This document shows positions 54,382 to 64,000 of a stretch of 64,000 nucleotides of DNA, piece by piece. A program made the translations under genes and the position numbers. How positions within the stretch are numbered: position 1 is the stretch's first letter; each line of letters starts with the position of its first letter. The DNA is from Octopus sinensis (lineage: Eukaryota): contig NC_043015.1 in NCBI RefSeq assembly GCF_006345805.1, positions 40,176,001 through 40,240,000 on the forward strand. The letters are read 5' to 3'. The notes beneath the pieces were generated by a model. That model was not told where the DNA came from. It searched no databases and was given only the letters and a program-made list of their open reading frames with translations.

Positions 54382-54659
54382 TTATTATTGGTTTTCCTCT
54401 TTTGGTTTTTACCGTTGCTAACTTCAGCAGTTAATGTTGTTGGAGTTGTTGTGATTGTTGTCGTCTATAAAATGGCTGTTGTTGTTGCTGTTCCATTTCT
54501 TGGATGAATGTTGTTCTTGCTGTTAGTGTTGCCTTCTGTTCTTGTTGTCTTTTATTGTTTAATATCGGTGTCTGTTGACTGATTATCTGATGTCTCATTT
54601 GTTGTAATTCTCTGATGTCTCATTTGGCATTACTTTCTGATGTCTCATTTGTTACTATT

Positions 54660-54852
54660 GTCTGATGTTATTGTCTGATGTTATTGTCTGATGTTATTGT
54701 CTGATGTTATTGTCTGATGTTATCGTCTGATGTTATCGTCTGATGTTATCGCCTGATGTTATCATCTGATGTGATTGTCTGATGTTATCGTCTGATGTTA
54801 TCGTCTGATGTTATCGTCTGATGTTATCGTCTGATGTTATCGTCTGATGTTA
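54660..54852. repeat. 13-bp minisatellite
   Basis: TCTGATGTTATCG / TCTGATGTTATTG units. Confidence 0.9.
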
Positions 54853-55784
54853 CTATCGTTGTTCTCTGATGTTTGTTTTTGTCAGTGTTTGATCTTACTG
54901 TTGTTGTTTGATGTTGTCTGACCTGAAGTTTGATGTCACCATTGTCTTCAATATCACCAGGAGAGGCTAACCATTCCAATCTACCCCAGAATATATTTCT
55001 ACTATATATTTTATCAATCTCCAACAGATAAAAAACAAAGTCAGAACCAACAGGAATTGAACCCAGAACATAAAAAAGCTAAATACTGTAAGTTATTTAG
55101 TGTGGTGCTCTGTTCTACCAATGAACCTCCTTCCATGCCCATCCATCTACACTGAAATAAAGACACCAGTTTTCAGGAACAAATATCCACTGGACTTCCT
55201 GTGTATTTTACATCTTTTCTGTTTTCTATTCTATTTTCCCACTTTCATTTTTTCTGGGGTTTTTTGTCTTTTTATCCACATTTCCCCTCATTTTATCCAT
55301 ATTTTAGAGTTCCCCCATATTTCGTTATCCAATTTCTTTCATCATCTTCTTTTCTGTTTTTTTTAATTTTTTATTTTATGTTCTTCAGCCTGATTCTGTT
55401 CCTTTTCTGTTTTTCCCATACTTTCTGTATTTCCTCCCATTTCAAATTTTTTTGGGGTTTCGGAAATGTTCCTTTTTGTTTGTCATTTTTTTCTCTTTTA
55501 CTGATTTTGGATCACTTTTTCTCTGTTCTTCATTTTCTGTTTTCTCTTTCCTAGTTTCTTCTCTGTTTTTTTTTTTTTCTTTTTGCTTCTCATTTTTCTG
55601 ATTAATTTCTTTGTTTGCATATTTCTGTTTTCGTTTGTCTTTTCTTTCCTATTTTCTACCTTTATTCCCCATTTTGTTTCCCCCTCATTTCCCCTATTTT
55701 TGTTCTTCTCCTACTTTTCATCATCATCATTATTATCATTGCTATTATCCTCATCAATTTGGTGGAGTAGCAAAAGCACTTAAA

Positions 55785-56105
55785 TCATCATTTTCATTGT
55801 TCGACCGTGGTCGAGACAATGGAATTTACTATGTTACGCCAGACTTCACGGTCCATCATGGCATTACGGAGGTCCTGTTGCTGGATGCCTGTATCCCTAG
55901 AGATTACATCAGGGTAGGAGAGTGTGCGCCCTCTGGTATTGCGAGTAGATGGCTTCCAGAGGAGAAGAGTAGAAATTACCTCTTTTTCAGCTCTACAACA
56001 ATGTCCAGCAAACTGGACTCTTCTACCTTTCGCAAGAGATGATACAGGTGGTAGTTTCCCATATATTTGCATTTTGGTTGGATGGCGCTTCCACGAGAGA
56101 TTTTG
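55785..56105 (-). mobile_element. 3' fragment of an RTE-like LINE
   Basis: ORF 55794-56072: RRVQFAGHCCR...RGR.LSYPDVISRDTG...AMMDREVWRNIV, a typical RTE-group C-terminus, followed by an ATG-repeat tail. Confidence 0.75.
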
Positions 56106-56600
56106 AGCACTTAAATACTAAACCAAACACAGCATTTCTTCCATTTCTTTACAAACCAAATTCAAATCCTGCCAAGATGAACTTCACATCTCATCATTTT
56201 AGGGTCCAAAAGATATCAGTCAGAGACTATGGGACCAATTGTACTGACTGGTCCACCTCTCCTTAAAATTGTTGACCTTATGTCTAAATTAGAATTATTA
56301 TTATTGTTGTTTTTGTTGTTGTTGTTTTTGTTCACGACCGAACATTATTATTATTATTAAGGCAGTGAGCTGGCAGAATCGTTAGCATGCTGGACGAAAT
56401 GCTTAGTGGTATTTTGCCCATCGCTAGGTTCTGAGTTCAAATTCCGCCGAGGTCGACTTTGTCTTTCATCCTTTTGGGGTCGATAAAATAAGTACCAGTT
56501 GAACACTGGGGTCGATGTAATCGACTCATCCCCACCTCCCTGAAGCTGTCCTTGAGCCAAAAATTTGAAATAATAATAATTTATATTATTATTATTATTA

Positions 56601-56633
<33 letters not shown>

Positions 56634-59118
56634 GTCTGATGAAATGGAAGAAACTGTATCTTGTTCAACTAAATTCCTTGCAGTATTTAGTTATGTTCTT
56701 GGGTTTAACTCGTTCTGAGTTCAAATCTAACTGGAGACGACATTAACTTTCACTCCTCTGGGGGTCTCATTAAAATCAGTAATGCAGTAGAAGAGAGACA
56801 GACACACAGACAGACAATTCCATAAATGGTACTGAACCAAAGAACTTTACACGACTAATATTACACATATTAAATGTCTGTCCTTCTGAACTCATGAGAC
56901 ATTTAAATAATCTCTTAAATATTGTTATATATTATCAATTTAATAAATTAAAATGAAGTGGATAATTAAATAATTTTGCTATTATTTCTAGAAGTCTGAT
57001 TTGATGGAATCGGAAAATGGTAAAAATCTAAATTTTGTAATTATGACTGAGGTTTTTTTTATGTTTTTTTGTTTTTTCTTAACCAAGATGTTTCAAAATT
57101 AATAAGAACAATGAGGAAGTGTAAAAAAATTTTATGCTTCGTTCTGTATTTAAGTTTATCAGATTTGTTTGGGGATGTCACAAGTGTTGTGTAAATCAGT
57201 GAATTTTTGTTTGTGTGTTTCTGAGACCCCCTTCGGTCATGACTGACTATGGGATTGCACATAGGAGGTTACCCTGCCGGCACAAGTCCGGGCAAGGTTG
57301 TTTTATGGAAGACCAGCAGTTGCCCATGCATACCAGCCTCCCCACTCCACGCCACTGATGTTATCCAAGGAAAAGCAAAGGCTGATCCAGCTTGGCACCT
57401 GTGACATCACAACTCATTTCTACAGGTGAGTGAACTGGAGCAACGTGAAATAAAGTGTCTTGCTCAAGGACACAACACTCACCCCTGTCCAGGATTCAAA
57501 CTCACAACCTCACGATTGTAAGCTCAACACTAACCACTGAGCCATTCATTTGTGTGTTTATATGTGTTATATATGTACGAATGTGTGTGTACAGTTGATT
57601 CCACGAAGTGTTGAATGTTGTGGTAGTTGTGACTCTTTTCTTTCCGAGTTCAAATCTAACCAACATCAACTTTGCTTGTTGTTTTTCCAGGGTCAATAAA
57701 GTCCGAACCTGATTCTTTCTCTCTCTCTCCCCACCTGTCTCTCTCTCTTTCCTTCCCTATCTCTCTCCTCTCCCTCTCTCTTTCTCTCTCTCCCTATCTC
57801 TTTCTCTCCCTCTCTCTTTCTCTCCCTCTCTTTCTCTCTTTCACACACACCAAGAAATCAAATGTGATAATCTATGAGGAGGGTCATGGAAGACTCTCTT
57901 CTTGAGCCCCTCACCTCCTAAAAACTGAAGGGCATTCAAACAGAACCCAGTCATCTCTTCCCATCTGACATTCCACAGAACCATCCAAAAGAACCAGAGA
58001 ACACAGCAGTAGATGTTTGCATGGCATGGAATGGTGATGATGATGATGATGATGATGAGGGTGGAATTTGGTTCAGTTTTGAGTATTTCCAATTGCTCTT
58101 TGATGACTTTTTAGCCCAGCTAACGATCTACAACTTGTATCCCAGCTGTTACAGAAATGTCTCCTCTCTGTTAAATGCAATGCTGAATCAGGCAATTCAC
58201 AATGTGTTTGGACACATCTCTTCAGACCACCAACAGAAAGATACACACATTCTCTCTCTCTCTCTCCTTCTCTCTCTCTTTCTCTCTCTCCTTAGCTAGC
58301 TCTGTCTGTCTATCTCTGTTTGTCTATTTCTCTGTCCATCTATGTATCTTTCTTCTTTCTTTATTTCTTTCTTTGAGACAATGAACTATAAGAAATGTAT
58401 GAAATAAAAATAAATGCACCCTTTTAAAGCCTACCCAGGCTCACGGGCCCGGTTTCCTAGTTTCTATGGCGTATGTGTTCCCCAGCTAGACGGGACGCCA
58501 GTCCATTGCAGCGTTACTCATTTTTGCCAGCTGAGTGGACTGGAGCAACGTGAAATGAAGTGTTTTGCTCAAGAACACAACGCGTCACCCGATCCAAGAA
58601 TCGAAACCACAATCTTACAACCATGATGCTGACATCCTAACCACTAAGCCACACGCCTCCACATAAAACATGTATAATGTTGTCTAATTGATAGTGCATG
58701 TGTTGAGAAATGTGCAGAAATGACTCTACCAAAAACAAGTCCAGTTTCAGGTGTAATCTTTCTCCCTCTTTTACCAAACATTGTAGAGATGGGAGTATTT
58801 ATGCAATATTGAAGAAATGTCTGGAATATTAATAGGTTTTTCCCAAGACATTGACATTGTCAGTTGTGAAGATTTATCAATGAAACAAGCATTACCATTC
58901 CACAGCCACCACCCAATGGACTCTGTAGCATTTTCTGAACCTGTCATTCCACCAAACTTTCCCCTCCCCCACCACCACCAGCTGATAAGATGGAGAGAAT
59001 GAGATGATTTATGTAAGATGCTAAGGTAGGGTGGTAGGTGATGGGGAGGAGGTTGATAGACAGGTCAGAGGTCAGCCATGTGTTGCTTGGTTTTGGTACG
59101 CATCATTTAGACACTCTC

Positions 59119-59154
<36 letters not shown>

Positions 59155-59204
59155 GTTTCATTTCCCACTTCACAGTTATTCATACACTACCCCTTTCTCT
59201 CTCA

Positions 59205-59525
59205 TAGGTGGATGGGTAGATAGATGGATAGATGCGTAGACAGACAGATAGATAGATGAGTAGATGGGTAGATAGATGGATAGATGCATAGACAGACAGA
59301 TAGATGGGTAGATGGGTAGATAGATGGATAGATGCGTAGACAGACAGATAGATAGATGAGTAGATGGGTAGATAGATGGATAGATGCATAGACAGACAGA
59401 TAGATAGGTAGATGGGTAGATAGATAGATAGATAGACAGATAGATAGATGGGTAGATGGGTAGATGGATGGGTAGATGGGTAGGTGGGTAGATGGGTAGA
59501 CAGATGGGTAGATGCGTAGACAGAC

Positions 59526-59559
<34 letters not shown>

Positions 59560-59560
59560 T
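59205..59560. repeat. GATA-derived compound satellite
   Basis: GATA/GATG/GGTA/GACA units arranged in longer repeating blocks. Confidence 0.9.
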
Positions 59561-59839
59561 TGAGGTAGATGGGTAGGCAGGCAGAAGGATAGCCAGGTGG
59601 ATAGATAAACTGATAGATGAAAGGTACACATAGATACCCACACACAAATCCCTGTACATCCAAATTTAGCTCAAAGCTATCAATTCCTTGTTATCTCCTC
59701 TTCTACAATTAACTCAATCTTTCTTTTCCATCTGCTGACATAAAGACTGCACCGAAAAGAATTAAATAATTATTATCATTACCATAATCTTTTTTCTGTA
59801 ATAAAGTATGGATTATTATAATTCTTCTTCTTATTATTA

Positions 59840-59875
<36 letters not shown>

Positions 59876-59922
59876 TATTATGATTATTATTATTATTATT
59901 TTTATTATTATTTTTATTATTA

Positions 59923-59954
<32 letters not shown>

Positions 59955-61629
59955 GTTTTTATTATTATTATCATCATCATCATCATCAATAATAATAATT
60001 CAAATGATACAGAGAAAAAATGTTTTTTTTTCCCAACCATCAAATTGATTACTTTCACAAAAATTCTTTGCAAATTCTTCAATTGTTTTCATAATTTCTT
60101 TATCGTTTTTTTGTTGTTGTTGTTGTTATTATTTTCAACTTCTAAGGTCGTTTTTCACAAATTCCTCACAAATTCCAAAGATCTGTTTTAAAGAAACACT
60201 TGGCAACATCTGAGACAGACTGGTTTGGAGTTTTTTTACCAACACATTCCAAATTCTGTCTCATTGCTCTGTCTTTTCTACCATTGCTGCTGCTGCTGCC
60301 ACTACTACTGCTACTACCTCAACACACTTGACTCATCCTTCCTCTTGTTTGCTACTATAATGGCTCGAGACCCCAACCTAAACCTCTACAACTAACCCCT
60401 ATTCCTAACCATTCCTTTCCAAAATCTCTACCATTTGGAATTCACTCTCAGCTTATTCTTTGTCATTATAACTTTCACATTGGGTAATGCTATGGGGACT
60501 GCTGATTCGTCCTGGCCCTTTTCAAGGGTCTGTTGGGGTCATTCTTCATCGCCCTTTTCAGGCCTAGCCAGGCCCATGGGCCCAGTTTCCCGGTTTCTGT
60601 GGCGGATGTGTTCCCCCGGATGGACAGGACGCCAGTCCATCGCAGCATTACTCAAGAAACAGGAAGAGAGGATGAGAGAAAGTTGTGGTGAAAGAGTACA
60701 ACAGGGGTCACCACCACCCCCTGCCGGAGCCTCGTGGAGCTTTTAGGTGTTTTTGCTCAATAAACACACACAACGCTCAGTCTGGGAATCGAAACCGCAA
60801 TCCTCCAACCGCGAGTCCGCTGCCCTAGCCACTGGGCCATTGTGCCTCCACCTGTTGGGGCCATGGGTACAGTAAATTCTACTCATTAATATTGGTAAGC
60901 TGGCAGAATTGTTGGCACACTGGGTAAAATGCTTAGTGGCATTTTGTCTACCCTCATGTTCTGAGTTCAAATTCTTCCATGGTCGACTTTGCTTTTCATC
61001 CTTTGGAGTCAATTAAATAGGAACCATTTTAGCATTAAATAAGAACCATAAGTGGAAAGTTGTAGAAGAGATTGGTCTATTTCTTTATGAATATCAGTTT
61101 GCTTTTCGGATTTATCCCCAGATCAGTCTTGATCAAATAGATCTTTGGTCAAGTGTTGTTCCAGGCATAATATATCTAGGAGTACATCATCAAACATGTC
61201 CTTTCTTTTCAAGATTGAATAGAGTGGGATGAGATCTATGGGTAATTTAGCTGTTAATTTTAGCGATTCCTTGGCTCATAAAAACCAAGTGTTGGTCTAA
61301 GGTGAGACTTTGTGACTTCAGATGATGAATGGATGTGATCCAGTAGAGTGGTACCTGTACAAATCTAGATAGACTGAGCTTAGTCATGGACACAGTACAG
61401 TGAACTGTAATACACTGTGGTACCTACTTACAGCTTGGTAGACTGGACTGTTGACAGTTAAACATCTTGGCCATGGGCACGTTACAGTGAACTGTACCCC
61501 ATTGTGGTACCTCCTCATGGTAACCAACATTTTGTCTTCTGTTATAATTCCATCCCGATCAAAGATGCTTCACAAAACTACAATTTAATCCAATTGACTG
61601 ACGGAATTTAAACGTTCTTCCATTTTCAG

Positions 61630-61742
61630 GTATGTCATTCAAAACACGGAAGAATTTTTCACTTCTGCCGAAAGAAGTCGCATTGTTAATGAAATTCTAT
61701 CAAGAGCAACTTTTGAGGGAGAAGGCAGAATACGAAAATATG
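61630..61742 (+). CDS. TMEM16: Anoctamin exon, phase 2-1
   Basis: ttttcag|g completes CA+G=Gln from the previous exon, then YVIQNTEEFFTSAERSRIVNEILSRATFEGEGRIRKY; GTAAGA donor. FF..A.RSRIV.EIL.R motif. Confidence 0.95.
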
Positions 61743-63085
61743 GTAAGAACTTGTAAAATTTCTCATTTAATCTAAGAAAGAGCCAGATATCTACTGATAT
61801 CTATGTGATAGGCATGAATGTCACTCAATCACATCCTTCCCTCATAAACCTATAATATTTTTCTTGTATCAGAAATGTATTTTTCGTTCCTTTTTATGTC
61901 CACTTTTCCATGCTAGCATGGGTTAGATTTATTATTGAATCTTTCTTTTTCAGTTGTATACTCTTCCTCAACTTTACCTGTTTTTTTGGGTTTTTTTTCA
62001 ACTAAGGGATCTCTTGTTTCCTATGCCTTTGAGGGACCAAAATCAGGAGACAACTTGTTGACAGCATTGTTTGTAGCTCAACAGTTCTTTAGAGAAGCAC
62101 AAATATAAGCCAAAACACACACACATATTCATATACATATACTTAGATATGATGGGCTTCTTTTCAGTTTCCACCTACCAAATCCACTCCAAAAGTTTTG
62201 GTTAGTCCAAGATGCCAGACAGCAGAACTGAACCCAAAACCACATAGTCAGGAAGTGAGCTTCTTAACCACTAAGCCACGTCTAATATCCTACGATACAC
62301 CTTATTCTTTAGGGCAGGGATTCTCAACCATTTTTTGTTTCTATGAACCCCTTCTGATCCCTATTTCATTCAGGTGGACCCCTATAACCTGTCAATGTTT
62401 TAAAAAATTCATGTTATTAGGAATTGAATTATAAAATTGTTAAAATATTTTGTGTATTGTCAAAGGATAAACAATCTTTTAACAGCAAAATCTTAATTGG
62501 ACCCTCAAGGTTCGTGGACTCTGATTAGAACCACTTTAGAAGGAGGACGATATCAGAACTCATGAGAGCCTCTGAGAGTGGGGAGGGGAGGGGGGAGGAG
62601 GAGGAGGAGGAGGAGGAGCTCATGACTTCTTCTCAACACACCCATTCAACCTGGTGTCCCTTTTTAATGATCCCATAATCAGGAGTTACCCGGGGAAACC
62701 AAGGCCCACATCACAATCATCTCAGTATATACGACTGTTGAGCTGTTGCTGTTGTTGTTTAGCCCATGGTCAGTCCTGGTCCTAGCTGCTGTATGATCAA
62801 CCAATGTTCCATCCATGGCTAGCTATCCGTTCACATAGTTTATCTCCAAGGACATTATTATTCAATGTGTCCTTCTTAATAACGTGTGATTCTAACTATG
62901 ATGTCTAACAGGTCAAACCACCACATAGGGGCTTTGTTTTTGTTGTCTTTACCATTCTTGTTACCATTATTCCTGCTGCTGCAGTTCTTCTTGTTATTGC
63001 TGTTGCTGCCATTGAGCTTTTATTGTTGTTATTGTTGCTGTCTTCTTCTCAATATTTCTCCATTCTCCTCTCCATTCTTCAACAG

Positions 63086-63138
63086 GCATCAAAAGGTTAC
63101 TAGGAAATGCCTACATAGCAGCTTATCCACTCCACGAG
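63086..63138 (+). CDS. TMEM16: Anoctamin exon, phase 1-0; gene continues beyond the window
   Basis: caacag|(G)IKRLLGNAYIAAYPLHE|gtaagg, matching the conserved GI.RLL...Y.AAYPLH[DE] motif; phase matches the upstream exon. Confidence 0.95.
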
Positions 63139-63174
63139 GTAAGGCCAAACACAGACCCTTTTCATATTTTTTAT

Positions 63175-63732
63175 CATCATCATCATCATCGTTTAGCGTC
63201 CGCTTTCCATGCTAGCATGGGTTGGATGATTTGACTGAGGACTGCCGAACCAGATGGCTGCACCAGGCTCCAATCTTGATCTGGTAGAGTTTCTTCAGCT
63301 GGATGCCCTTCCTAATGCCAACCACTCCGAGAGTGTAGTGGGTGCTTTTTACATGCCACTGGCACAGGGGCCAGTCAGGTGGTACTAGCAACGACCTCGC
63401 TCGAATCTTTTTACACATGCCACTGGCACAGGTGCCAGTAAGGTGATGCTGGTAACGATCATGCTCGAATGGTGCCCTTTTACGTACCACTGGCTCGGAA
63501 GCCAGTTGGCTGCTCTGGCAATGATCATGCTCGGATGGTGCTCTTGACACCCTACTAGCACGGGCACAAGTGCTAATAAGGGGCCGCTGGTAACGATCAC
63601 ACTCGAATGGTGCCCTTTTATGTGCCACTGGCACGGAAGCTGGTTAGCCGCTCTGTCAAACGATCACACTCGTATGGTGCTCTTTGCACCCCACTAGCAT
63701 GGATGCCAGTCATCGAATTTGATTTTGATTTT
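63175..63732 (-). mobile_element. Repeat family D copy immediately after the last visible exon
   Basis: Same tail and core as 4816-5320, with about 5 diverged internal units; explains ORFs 63212 and 63385. Confidence 0.82.
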
Positions 63733-64000
63733 ATGTCTCTAATATATTGCCAATCGAGAGAGAAATGAACAAAAAAACCTTGTCGCGAGAATCAGCTTTT
63801 CCTCCCAACATTTAAATACCAATAAATTACAGTACCAGTCATTAATTAGGGTCAATTCAAGTGGTGTTCCTCTTCCCACATTTGTGGCTCTGTGTACACA
63901 TTACTGCATAGCATTTCATTAACCAGGAATAAAATCTCACCAAAGATACTTGACATATATTCTTTTACTCTTTTACTTGTTTCAGTCATTTGACTGTGGC

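Noticed and set aside
54923-54980. Possible minus-strand exon (LEWLASPGDIEDNGDIKLQ, AG|GTCAGA) suggesting a nested gene
   Set aside because: Poor polypyrimidine tract, no partner exons or homology recognised; would need RNA-seq.
62314-62535. Second hAT MITE (also 47730-48050)
   Set aside because: Only one convincing TIR and no clear TSD; too degenerate to call.

Overview
Eukaryotic, AT-rich, microsatellite-saturated genomic DNA whose SINE families and simple repeats point to a coleoid cephalopod, probably Octopus (inference). Nearly all of the ORF track is microsatellite or SINE noise. The real coding content is the N-terminal cytoplasmic half of a + strand anoctamin (TMEM16) gene: five phase-compatible exons at 32264-63138 with a 26 kb intron, continuing past the window, plus a few uncertain upstream exons. 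The non-coding DNA holds several SINE families, an 8-unit tandem SINE array, 3' fragments of CR1, RTE and R4/Dong LINEs, a non-autonomous Helitron, a hAT MITE and minisatellites. The most striking unexplained structure is a set of seven unrelated long inverted repeats plus two solo copies. Each carries a minimal type I hammerhead ribozyme fold of the Penelope-like retroelement kind, and the catalytic 3-8 base pair covaries between families (C-G, U-A, G-C). All folds were read by eye and need computational and biochemical confirmation.
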